A stretch of 64,000 bases of DNA from a bacterium (GCA_963669175.1 OY769902.1:448001-512000); one strand, 5' to 3'. Positions 40,130 to 49,858 are shown, counted from the first letter of the stretch. Program-made: numbers and translations. The notes: generated by a model from the sequence alone, not told the origin.

Positions 40130-43100
40130 AGTTGACCAAACTCGCGCTGGACAACCGCCCTTTCACCCTGATGGTTCTCATCCTGCTGCTGTTGTTCGGT
40201 TTGACGCAGTTTGCACGGATGCCGCGTAGTGAAGACCCGTTTATCAAGGTGCCGTTTGCCCATGTCTCTATCGTACTGCCCGGCGCCTCACCGGAAGACA
40301 TGGAAAACCTGGTTCTTGATCCACTGGATGAGCTGGTGCGTGGCATTGAGGAAGTCAAACACACGGACGGGACAGCGCTGGATGGAGTGGCATCCCTGCT
40401 GGTGGAATTCGAACCGGGCCACGACCGTGACGAACTAGTCAGCGAAGTGGAAGACAAGCTGACCGAAGCGCAACGCAGTTTTCCTGAAGGTGTGGTTCGC
40501 GCCGAGGTCGTCGCTCAATCGACTTTGAGTGTCTATTTCCTGCAGCTCGCATTGATTTCTGATCGTCCCCTGCGTGACATGCAGCGTTATGCAGAAGATC
40601 TCGAAACCCAGCTCGAACGAATCCCGGATATCAGCAAGACCGATATTTTCGGGAATCGTGCGGAAGAGATCCGTGTCGCGGTGAACTCTGACAAGCTGGC
40701 AGAGTTAAAAATACCATTAACGCGTATCGTGGATGCGATCCAGTCCGCAGGCGCAAACATACCCGGCGGCAGTGTGCAGGTGGGCGACAAGAAAATGAAT
40801 GTCCTCACCACCGGCGATTTTGAATCCCTGAAACAGATTGAGCAGGTTGTCGTTGCCGGGTCCATGGACAGCCCGGTGTACCTGAAAGAAGTCGCTGATG
40901 TCAGGTACGATTACGAAGACCGGATGCACATGGTGCGTGTCCAGGGCAAAGATGCTCTCCTGATCGCCGTACAGATGAAGGAAGGCCGCAACATCTTCCA
41001 GGCTATGCGACGCGTTCATAAAGTGGTGGACAAATTCGAAACGGATCTGCCTCCTGATATTCAACTGGAGTGGGTGTTTGACCAGTCACAGGGCGTACGC
41101 CACCGTCTCAACGATTTTTACATCAACCTGGCCCAGGGCATTTTCCTTGTCGGGCTGGTGATGACCCTTGCGCTCGGTTTACGGCCCTCGATTATCGTCA
41201 TGACCGCGATTCCTCTGTCATTCACTATCGCAATCGGTTTCGTCGCGTCCTTTGGATTCGCCATACAGCAGATGACCATCGCCGCCATGATCATTGCGCT
41301 CGGTTTGCTGGTGGACAACGGGATTGTAGTCACGGAAAACATTAACAGTTTCCTGATCCGTGGGAAAAGCAGGAGTATTGCGGCGCGTGAAGGCGCGTCC
41401 CAGGTTGGCGGCGCGGTTACGGCTGCGACAGTCACCACCATGCTGGCATTTGTTCCTATCGCCATGATGGCGGACGTATCCGGCGATTTTATCCGTTCCA
41501 TGCCGGTTTCAGTGATGCTGATCCTTGCGGCGTCCCTGCTGGTGGCCCTGACTTTCAGCCCGATGGCGGCGACACGCCTGATGCGTCCGATGCCAATGGA
41601 GAAACAACCCTTCCTGACCCGGAAACTGTATACACTGGTTGGAGGGCCGTATTTGCGGTTGTTGAAACGCAGCCTGAATCACCGTTGGCTGGTGCTTGGC
41701 TTTGCTACACTCGCCCTGATCGGTTCAATTGCCCTGTTTCCCTTCGTGGGTGTCTCTTTCTTCCCGAAGGCTGATAAACCCATGTTCATCGTGAATGTCG
41801 AGCTGCCGAAGGGATCATCTCTTGACGCCACAGACCGCGCCATCCGTTTTGCGGAGCAGACCCTCCTGCAACATGATGAAGTGGATATAGTCAGCGCCAA
41901 TGTAGGCCGTGGACAGCCGCGTTTTTTCTACAACGTAATCGCTCGCAACGAACGCTCCCACTTCGGACAAATCCTGGTCACAACCCATCAGAATATCTTT
42001 GGGCAGGAACTGACGCCGGTAGTGAATTCTCTACGTAGCGAACTGGCAGAATACCCGAGCGCCAGGATTGATGTGGTTGAGATCGAACAGGGACCACATG
42101 TCGGCAGCCCGATAGAGGTCCGTGTGTACAGCGACGACAAGGATCTCCTCGAAGAAGTCTCTCACACCATTGAAGATGCCATTGTTGATGTTCCCGGCAC
42201 AGTCAATGTGGACAATCCGTATGCCACCAACGCGACCAATGTCCGTGTGAAAATCAATCGTGACAAAGCGGCCCTGCTTGGTGTTCCCCTGCATCAGATT
42301 GACAAAATTGTTCGAACTGCGGTTGCGGGCTGGAAAGCAGCCGAATACCGTGACGCGCGTGGTGAAGAATACCCGGTTATGGTACGTCTTCCCGCCGGAG
42401 AGCAGGCCGGTATGGATGATTTCATGAACATCTACATCCCCACCGCGTCCGGAGAACAAACACCGCTGAACGAGATTGCAAATATCAAGCTGGAATCAGG
42501 GCACAGCCTGGTTCAACGGCGTGACGGGCAACGGATGGTGTCCATCGGCTGCCAGACAACCGGACGTTCCACCGCTGCTGTCGAAAAAGATGTGCAGGCG
42601 GCTCTGTTGGGACTGGATCTGCCGGACGGAATCACGCTGGAGTTCGGCGGTGAATCGGAATCACGTGGCGACAGTTTCAGCAGCATGTACAGCGCCACCA
42701 TCATTGCCATGGTGGGGATTTATGCTGTGCTGGTGCTGATGTTCCGCAGTTATCGTCAACCGCTGGTCATTTATGCCGCGCTGCCACTGGCCTTCATCGG
42801 GTCCATCCTGGCGCTGTTTATCACGGGTAACACGTTCAGCTTTACCGCGTTTGTCGGGTTGACCTCGCTTGTAGGGATTGTCGTGAACAACTCGATTCTG
42901 CTGGTGGACATGACCAACCAGAACCGGAAAGCAGGACTGGAGCGACGTGAAGCGATCCTTCAGGCCGGTACCAGCCGCTTTGTACCGATTGTCCTGACCA
43001 CGTTGACAACCATTTTCGGCTTGTTGCCCCTGACCTTGCGTGGTAGCGCATTATGGGGGCCGATGGGGTGGGTGATCATTGGTGGTTTGCTGACCAGTAC

Positions 43101-43179
43101 CGTGCTCACACTGGTGGTTGTGCCGATCCTCTACGAACTGATCAGCAAGGACTCGTTCGGAGAAGTTGAACCGGAATAG
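40126..43179 (+). CDS. AcrB/AcrD/AcrF family RND permease
   Basis: PGASPEDME, LGLLVDNGIVV, GIVVNNSILL, RFVPIVLTTLTT; 1017 aa. Confidence 0.95.
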   Translation: MKLTKLALDNRPFTLMVLILLLLFGLTQFARMPRSEDPFIKVPFAHVSIVLPGASPEDMENLVLDPLDELVRGIEEVKHTDGTALDGVASLLVEFEPGHDRDELVSEVEDKLTEAQRSFPEGVVRAEVVAQSTLSVYFLQLALISDRPLRDMQRYAEDLETQLERIPDISKTDIFGNRAEEIRVAVNSDKLAELKIPLTRIVDAIQSAGANIPGGSVQVGDKKMNVLTTGDFESLKQIEQVVVAGSMDSPVYLKEVADVRYDYEDRMHMVRVQGKDALLIAVQMKEGRNIFQAMRRVHKVVDKFETDLPPDIQLEWVFDQSQGVRHRLNDFYINLAQGIFLVGLVMTLALGLRPSIIVMTAIPLSFTIAIGFVASFGFAIQQMTIAAMIIALGLLVDNGIVVTENINSFLIRGKSRSIAAREGASQVGGAVTAATVTTMLAFVPIAMMADVSGDFIRSMPVSVMLILAASLLVALTFSPMAATRLMRPMPMEKQPFLTRKLYTLVGGPYLRLLKRSLNHRWLVLGFATLALIGSIALFPFVGVSFFPKADKPMFIVNVELPKGSSLDATDRAIRFAEQTLLQHDEVDIVSANVGRGQPRFFYNVIARNERSHFGQILVTTHQNIFGQELTPVVNSLRSELAEYPSARIDVVEIEQGPHVGSPIEVRVYSDDKDLLEEVSHTIEDAIVDVPGTVNVDNPYATNATNVRVKINRDKAALLGVPLHQIDKIVRTAVAGWKAAEYRDARGEEYPVMVRLPAGEQAGMDDFMNIYIPTASGEQTPLNEIANIKLESGHSLVQRRDGQRMVSIGCQTTGRSTAAVEKDVQAALLGLDLPDGITLEFGGESESRGDSFSSMYSATIIAMVGIYAVLVLMFRSYRQPLVIYAALPLAFIGSILALFITGNTFSFTAFVGLTSLVGIVVNNSILLVDMTNQNRKAGLERREAILQAGTSRFVPIVLTTLTTIFGLLPLTLRGSALWGPMGWVIIGGLLTSTVLTLVVVPILYELISKDSFGEVEPE

Positions 43180-43241
43180 GTTGCTGATCGCGAAGTAGCT
43201 TCAGATCACTATGTCAGCGATGAAGCGATAACTTGAAAAAC

Positions 43242-43271
43242 CGTAGCCCGAAATGCGCATTTCGGGCTACG
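43242..43271. repeat. Perfect GTAG-type palindrome / bidirectional terminator
   Basis: CGTAGCCCGAAATGCGCATTTCGGGCTACG between convergent genes, flanked by A-runs. Confidence 0.7.
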
Positions 43272-43300
43272 AAAAATGACACAAGTAACCTTGAACAAAA

Positions 43301-43540
43301 CTACTTCACCAGTACCATCCGCTTCATATCGGTAAATGAACCTGCTTCGATCCGGTAGAAGTACATCCCGCTGGCCAGTGCGCTCGCGTCGAAGGTGACA
43401 CTGTGCGTTCCCGCCTGCATCGGACGATCCACCAACTGCGCCACTTCCTGCCCCATGATGTTGTACACCGATAGCTTGACCGTCTCCGGACGCATCAGGT
43501 CAAAGCTCAATGTCGTAGTCGGGTTGAAGGGGTTCGGGAA
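43301..43540 (-). pseudogene. Orphan C-terminal sorting domain (gene remnant)
   Basis: FPNPFNPTTTLSF...LASGMYFYRIEAG...MVLVK stop; upstream sequence abruptly becomes AT-rich with no signal peptide or good RBS. Confidence 0.75.
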
Positions 43541-43757
43541 GTGTTTGAAGCAAGGCAAAAAAGAGAAGGGTAGAAATTTTAGAAAATCAAGAGGATGATG
43601 GCGACTATTTTCAACAAAAGCTAACACAATATGTTACAAGGGCAAAAACTACCGTCTGTCCCTAGTTTCGTCGATCGTCAGCAAAATCAAGGTTTTCTGC
43701 ATGAGAAAAATCTCCTATATTGAGATGTTGATCAACACCCCGTGTGTTGATCTGTTG

Positions 43758-43797
43758 GGCCGTGCGGGACGAGCTGCGAACTTGAACCCGCACGGCC
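43758..43797 (-). terminator. GC-rich hairpin after the beta-helix gene
   Basis: GGCCGTGCGGG...CCCGCACGGCC. Confidence 0.55.
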
Positions 43798-43819
43798 GCT
43801 CTTTTAAAACTGTACCACT

Positions 43820-46800
43820 CTACTTCACCAATACCACACGTGTGTGCTTGATCTCCTTTCCCGCGTGGACTTCAAGGAAATACATTCCTGACGCCAGGTT
43901 GCAAGCGTCATAGCTGAGCTGATGGTATCCTGCAGACAGCACAGGATATCGCTGGCTGAATGCTTCCTGCCCAATGATGTTGTACAATCTAATGGACACA
44001 TCGGCTCGCACAGGAAGAGCCAGGTGAATATGCTGGACTGAATTGAATGGGTTGGGATAGGGTGAAAAGATTTTGAAAGCTTCCGGTAACTCTGAAGGCT
44101 GCTCCAATACCCACAGGGGATACGTATAACTTTCTCCATAAGGTCCGCCCCACAAGCCGATGTCGCTACGAGTACTGTCTGTATCAAACCAGTCGATTCC
44201 TGGATATCCGGCATCAATGAGAGGTGAGTTATCGTAAAGATGGTATGCCGAATCTGCAAAAAGGGGATCAACAATTAGATTGGTTTGATCAAGAGGACAA
44301 TCTATCACGGGCGTATCAACATTCCAGAACGCATTGTATTCCGTATGATAGGTTCGATCCTGTGATAGGTCTGAATGGATACCGGTATGACTATTCATAA
44401 AAACATTGTTTCGGATTACTGGGCTTGTTTCATCATCGTCCTCCCAGTTTCGAAGATAAATGCAGAGTTGAAAATTACTGAAGATATTATTTGAAATTGT
44501 ATCTGTAATTGATGCTGTTTGTATTGCAATTGTTGAATCTATATAGGTTCCTATGAATAAATTATTGAACACATTCATTCTCGCATAGTTAGCTATTACA
44601 AATGTCCTATATAATCCACATTCATAAAATATATTTTGAGCAAATACAGGACTTGCATTCCATTCCACAGTAGCACCACTAGTACCAGTTATAGTGTTTT
44701 TTTCTACATAGATGTTGCCTGTACCGATAGCGAATGCTTTCGACACAGGTGGAATTGAAAAATCTTCTAATAGACAATTTGTTACACTTGCATTCGAATT
44801 ATTAGTAATTTCTATCATAGTATACCCATAATTATCATATGAAGTTAAATAACAACTATCAATTAAAGCTAGTGCACCCGCTATTGATATTCTTGATGTG
44901 GAAGAATAATAATGCATGATGTTTGCTGTAGACTCATTAGTGACTTGAAGTCCCAAACTAGCATTATGTACAAGAATAAATCGAAAAGATGCATAAGCAT
45001 CTACACCATCAATACGTATTCGATTCCATCCTCGAAGAACACTCTCTTCAGTGCTCATTGTAAACTTGATTGAATCTTCTTCTGTTCCTTCCGCTATTAG
45101 CGTTCCTTGACATAATAAACTCAGACGCTGCTCTTCATCCTGTACATACCTGAACTGCAATTCACACCCCGGTTCGATGACCAAGCTGTCCCCTTCGGAA
45201 ACAACAATATCCTCAACCACGTAAAATGGGCTGTCTTCCACATGCAGAACCCCGCTGATCTCGCCTCGGAGTAGAGTACGCTGATCCACATCAACTATCA
45301 CGACCGAAGTGTCAGTTTGCCCTTCACCATCCTCCACGATCACCGTGAAGCTGAAATCCTCGGCCTCTTCGGGTACGGTTCCCGATACGGCTGTTGTATC
45401 ACCGACCCAGTCCAGTTCATCCTCTTCGGTCAACCACTCGGGCAAGTCCGGGAAGGTGAAGCTGAAGGGGCCGTTGTCATCAGTGGCAGTGATCCGGATA
45501 CGGAGCAGTTGCCCTGTCTGCGCGAAGACTTCTTCGGGGATGGTTTGTACGGGTGGGTTGTCGATAGTCTGATCGTAATAGAAGCACCCGATATCGGCAG
45601 GAGTGCCGTCGTGATCGTCAGGGCTGTCCGGATCACCTGCGTCGATGCAAGGGCTGTTGGCCTGCAACGTGTAGTCAAACGGTTCACCGCCGGCAAAAAT
45701 AGGATTGGTCAGCAGGTTGGTGTCATCCAAGTCCAGACCATCCGCCACTTCCGATACGGCATAGATGCAATTGTAGCTGATCTCGAGGGGAACCGGGTTG
45801 GATATGAACACGATTCCGGTGCAGTTGACATCATCGCCAAGTAGAATATTCTCAACTATTTCACCCTCATTATCCGACAGGTTCCGCAGCTCGAGTCCCG
45901 TATCACGGAAATAGACTGTATTGCCCTCAATCCGGCTGACCGGGGAAGTGTGTACCACGATCCCGGTTTGAAAGTTGATGATCAGGTTGTCAATGACATC
46001 GACCGGGCCGCATTGGCTGATCTCAATGCCGACACGGTTCTGCCCGATGGCGCCGGTTTCGATAACCTGGTTGTTTCGGATGGTTCCTGTAGCCATCCAC
46101 ATGTCGAGGTAGAGAAACGTGCTGTTCTCGATCAGTATATCGGCCCAACCACTCACGGCGAAACAACCGCTTTCATTGTGATGCCAGTACATCTCACCTG
46201 CACTCAAATCAGCCCTGGCGAGATGATTGTATCTGATTTCAACAGCTTCGCCACCGTACCTGGCAAGGTCCACATACAGGCTGAAGAACGAATTATTTTC
46301 AATGGAAGCGAGATTCTGCCCCGTATTCGGACATAGCCTCACCCAGACATCCGGACCGTCATTGTACCGGAGTACCCCGTTGTACAAGTGCAAATAAAGC
46401 AGTTGGCCCGGAATCAACGGAGCATGCTGGAAGATGTTGTATTCTACCGTATCCATTTGTACGCCAAAACTGGAAAAGATGACGGCGTTCAGCGCACGGA
46501 TACGGCTCTGCCGGATCACATTCTCGCCACGGTCGGACTCGATGCCGTTCAGGACGGAATCCATGACACAATAGTTGAATGCGATACGTGAATCTTCGTA
46601 TTCGAAGGGTGAGACAAATCCCCGGAAGGCAGCTCCCGCAGTGTGGAAGTATACCGAATCGCCTTCCTCCCCAGCCGCTTCCAGTGTGCCGAAGACGTAC
46701 ACCGGTGTACGTGTGGAGTCGGTCTGATCCTGAAAAATCACTTCTACTCCCGGTTCAATCAGGAGGGTTTCGCCTTCCGGGACGATCAGGGTGTCGGTGA

Positions 46801-47053
46801 CGAGGTAAGGGGAGCCCTCCACGTTCCACACACCAGAAACCTCACCGGAGACGATGGTTTCAGCGTGAATGGCTTGGGGAATTACAAGGGGTACAAAGGC
46901 CAGGGACAGGAGCAGCAGGAACAAGCATAAAACATCCTCTCTGAACCATTGCGGGGAAAATGGCGCATGGTGTTGGCATACCGTGTATCCAGCCTTACAC
47001 AACACGACTGCGGGGAGTGTGTTGCGCTGTAAAGGAAAGTTCATACGTGTCAT
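43820..47053 (-). CDS. Secreted protein with two beta-helix modules, a cadherin/Ig-like linker and C-terminal sorting domain
   Basis: Two SP(Y/F)...L(L/V)IEPG N-caps and two SP(C/L)IDAG C-caps; GPYGESYTYP; YPNPFN...LASGMYF; AAGGAG RBS. Confidence 0.88.
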   Translation of the reverse strand: MTRMNFPLQRNTLPAVVLCKAGYTVCQHHAPFSPQWFREDVLCLFLLLLSLAFVPLVIPQAIHAETIVSGEVSGVWNVEGSPYLVTDTLIVPEGETLLIEPGVEVIFQDQTDSTRTPVYVFGTLEAAGEEGDSVYFHTAGAAFRGFVSPFEYEDSRIAFNYCVMDSVLNGIESDRGENVIRQSRIRALNAVIFSSFGVQMDTVEYNIFQHAPLIPGQLLYLHLYNGVLRYNDGPDVWVRLCPNTGQNLASIENNSFFSLYVDLARYGGEAVEIRYNHLARADLSAGEMYWHHNESGCFAVSGWADILIENSTFLYLDMWMATGTIRNNQVIETGAIGQNRVGIEISQCGPVDVIDNLIINFQTGIVVHTSPVSRIEGNTVYFRDTGLELRNLSDNEGEIVENILLGDDVNCTGIVFISNPVPLEISYNCIYAVSEVADGLDLDDTNLLTNPIFAGGEPFDYTLQANSPCIDAGDPDSPDDHDGTPADIGCFYYDQTIDNPPVQTIPEEVFAQTGQLLRIRITATDDNGPFSFTFPDLPEWLTEEDELDWVGDTTAVSGTVPEEAEDFSFTVIVEDGEGQTDTSVVIVDVDQRTLLRGEISGVLHVEDSPFYVVEDIVVSEGDSLVIEPGCELQFRYVQDEEQRLSLLCQGTLIAEGTEEDSIKFTMSTEESVLRGWNRIRIDGVDAYASFRFILVHNASLGLQVTNESTANIMHYYSSTSRISIAGALALIDSCYLTSYDNYGYTMIEITNNSNASVTNCLLEDFSIPPVSKAFAIGTGNIYVEKNTITGTSGATVEWNASPVFAQNIFYECGLYRTFVIANYARMNVFNNLFIGTYIDSTIAIQTASITDTISNNIFSNFQLCIYLRNWEDDDETSPVIRNNVFMNSHTGIHSDLSQDRTYHTEYNAFWNVDTPVIDCPLDQTNLIVDPLFADSAYHLYDNSPLIDAGYPGIDWFDTDSTRSDIGLWGGPYGESYTYPLWVLEQPSELPEAFKIFSPYPNPFNSVQHIHLALPVRADVSIRLYNIIGQEAFSQRYPVLSAGYHQLSYDACNLASGMYFLEVHAGKEIKHTRVVLVK

Positions 47054-47134
47054 AGGTACTCCTTTGCGCTACGATGAAAGAAACATACTACCGAAACAGA
47101 ATGGATGCAATAAGAAGCTATCTCTATAAAAAAA

Positions 47135-47466
47135 GGCTGTTCACAAGAATTTGTGCATATTATCGACGAGTACGTTTCGTCAGGTCTTGACGTGATGCCT
47201 TTTTCTTGTTCTTCTCCGCAATTTCAGACACCTGTCCGACTTCACAGCTGCTATTTCGCATGATAGATCGTCATCAGGCATCACATTGTGACCTGACGAC
47301 AGCGAGAGTGCTGATACCGGTGGCAGGTCACAACGCGACAATAACAGGACGAGAGGTGGTTTCAGTATCATATGCATTCAGAAATACATTGCGAAAGCCG
47401 AAAACGGAATGTCGCGTCAAGACCTGCCACAACTTTGCCCGGATGCACAAATTCTTGTGAGGAACC
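47135..47466. mobile_element. MITE-like non-autonomous element
   Basis: Perfect 18-bp terminal inverted repeat TCACAAGAATTTGTGCAT (47141-47158 / 47443-47460); inner inverted repeat CAGGTCTTGACG / CGTCAAGACCTG; poly-A on both flanks. Confidence 0.65.
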
Positions 47467-47684
47467 AAAAAAAAATATTTACAACTGGCTCAAAGGGAAA
47501 AATAAAAAGTCCGAAACGAGTCTGATCAGGCTTCTATTCATTACGAATAAGTTTGAGACTATATCGTAACACTTCAAAGTTGACAAGTTGGAAAGTTTCA
47601 AAGTTGTTGATTCTTTCTTCCTTTTCCCTCTGATACCCGACAGCAAGCAGTCGGGCCAAGCAACCGTGATAATTGTTATTCATG

Positions 47685-47716
47685 AAACAGGCCGGATGAA
47701 ATCACCCGGCCTGTTT
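47685..47716 (-). terminator. Intrinsic terminator
   Basis: AAACAGGCCGG-N10-CCGGCCTGTTT. Confidence 0.7.
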
Positions 47717-47736
47717 AACTTCTTCAACGAAATGTT

Positions 47737-49632
47737 CTACACCTTCACCCTTCTTTGCGCCGCGGTCAGGATCATTTCCAGCAGATCCTTGTAGGTTTTT
47801 CCGGCCATCTCGTTCATCAGGTTCAGCTTGCCATCCCAGCACCAGCCCGGGTTGGGATTGACCTCGAGCAATTTGGGCACACCATTACCGTCAAAACGGA
47901 AATCGAAACGCGCATAATCACGACACTCCAACCGTTCGAACAGTCGCGCGGAATAATCGTACAGCAACCGTTGTCGATCTTCCGGCCCGGCATACTCACG
48001 GTAGCGTATCTGTGTCCAATAGGGTGAATCCGGTTCCCATTTGGACTCATAGGACAGGATTTTCGGCAGATCCGGCGGCAATTCGCTGTAATCCACTTCC
48101 AGAATCGGCAGATAGGTATACCCGCAATCCGGGTTCCCGACAAGGGTCACACTGACTTCGGTTCCCTGCAGAAATTCCTGGATCAGGATCGCGCCGACAC
48201 CCAGTTCATTCTTGATGTAGGCGATCTGTTCAATGGCTTCTTCCGGCGAATTCACTACGGCGTTCATGTTGATACCGAAACTGCTGTCACCCTTGGCCGG
48301 TTTCAGCAGGGCCGGGTAAATCGCCGGGATGGTGCCGCCCATTTCCTGTTCGGTGATCAGGCTTTCCGCCGGAACGGGGACATCCACCGAGGTCGCAATG
48401 GCGCTTACCAGGTTTTTGTTATAACAGATTCCCAGGCAGGCCGGTCCGGCGCCCGTATACGGAACCTTCAGCATTTCCAGCATCGCCGGGACATGCAGCT
48501 CTTTCAGGGGGTCGTTCCAATACCCCTCATCACACAGGTTAAAAACAAATTCAGGCGGATTTGTGATCAGTTCCTGCAACAGGGATGTATGGTCATTCAT
48601 GTAGCTGAAGGAGTAGTCACCCAGCCCGGCAAGCGCCGATTTCAGCTTATCGACGGTAATAAAGTCTTCTTCGTTGAACTGCCCGTTCAGCTTGACTTCG
48701 TCCGGCAGGTGGGGGTCGCCCAGGAGAACGGTAACCTTGGGATACGGAACCGCGACCACCTTTTTCCGGGTACGTTTGGGCTTGTTGACAGCCGTGACCC
48801 AGATCCGGTGCTCCATCATGCCCAGGTCCTGGTTCCGTTCCGATTGGGTAGCGTGGCCGCCATTGAAACGTACCTGCTCGAACCCGTTATGCAGGAGCAG
48901 TTCAGCGATGGACGCTTCATCATAGAGACGTTCCGCGTAGAACTGGTCGGCTATCACACCTTTTTCTGCATCGACGATCACTTCACGGCTGATCAGACGG
49001 CTGTCGGTGGTAAGCTCACGTTCCCGGCAGACAAACTGGTCCTTGTCGATCCATTCCCAGGAACGTCTCTGGAAATTGTCACGCAACCAGGCGCCGTTCG
49101 CCAGGTCAAGCAGCAGCGTTCCCCCGGCACGCAACACGGTCCTGACACGTTTCAACACGGCCGCGTCGTCGGTGGCCATGTCGAAATAGCCGAACGAGTT
49201 CCCCAGCACCAGCACCACATCGAAGCTGTTTTCCGGGAAACGCAACTTGCGCGCGTCGCCTTCATGGAACTTTCCGGCCAGACTTTCACGTTGTGCGCGT
49301 TGTTTCGCCAAGCGGATCAGGTAACGCGAACGATCCACACCCGTAACCAGCTTGTAACCGCGCCGCAACAGTTCCAGCGAGTGACGCCCCTGCCCGCAAC
49401 AGAGATCGAGAATGCGGTCACCACGCACCGCGCCTGTGTTCCGGAGAATGAAATCGATCTCTTCCCCGGTAATCCGGTTGTCTTCCACCACATCGGCGTC
49501 GGTTTTCAGATACAGGGCGTTAAACAGTGTTTTCCACCATTCGGGGGGCAGGTGGTTCTCCAACTCGGTCAACGGACCAAGAGTGCGCGGGTGGACACTG
49601 CGTTCCAGCTCCGCACGTTTTTTAGAGGCCAT
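47737..49632 (-). CDS. Class I SAM methyltransferase fused to a D-Ala-D-Ala-ligase-like ATP-grasp domain
   Basis: ILDLCCGQGRH, GNSFGYF; FNLCDEG, PYTG, LKPAKGDSSFGI, QEFLQGTE, DYARFDFR, LEVNPNPG. Confidence 0.9.
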   Translation of the reverse strand: MASKKRAELERSVHPRTLGPLTELENHLPPEWWKTLFNALYLKTDADVVEDNRITGEEIDFILRNTGAVRGDRILDLCCGQGRHSLELLRRGYKLVTGVDRSRYLIRLAKQRAQRESLAGKFHEGDARKLRFPENSFDVVLVLGNSFGYFDMATDDAAVLKRVRTVLRAGGTLLLDLANGAWLRDNFQRRSWEWIDKDQFVCRERELTTDSRLISREVIVDAEKGVIADQFYAERLYDEASIAELLLHNGFEQVRFNGGHATQSERNQDLGMMEHRIWVTAVNKPKRTRKKVVAVPYPKVTVLLGDPHLPDEVKLNGQFNEEDFITVDKLKSALAGLGDYSFSYMNDHTSLLQELITNPPEFVFNLCDEGYWNDPLKELHVPAMLEMLKVPYTGAGPACLGICYNKNLVSAIATSVDVPVPAESLITEQEMGGTIPAIYPALLKPAKGDSSFGINMNAVVNSPEEAIEQIAYIKNELGVGAILIQEFLQGTEVSVTLVGNPDCGYTYLPILEVDYSELPPDLPKILSYESKWEPDSPYWTQIRYREYAGPEDRQRLLYDYSARLFERLECRDYARFDFRFDGNGVPKLLEVNPNPGWCWDGKLNLMNEMAGKTYKDLLEMILTAAQRRVKV

Positions 49633-49858
49633 GTCTCTTCTTTCACATGAGCGCCCGCTCCCTCGGGAGCGGGCGGAAATCGTGCCCTACAGCACGGATA
49701 CTCAAATGTACGAACTATTGAAAAATAATGGATGGCACTGAAGAGAGTCACGGAGCATTTCAATACATATAACATACATTATGACAACAAGTTAGCACTG
49801 GATTCACAAGGAAATATTTTCAATCTTTTTTACAAGACGGGATGTTGCTTTGATTATT

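Noticed and set aside
29999-47053. Diversity-generating retroelement acting on CTD proteins
   Set aside because: No reverse transcriptase and no adenine-specific TR/VR repeat pair were seen.
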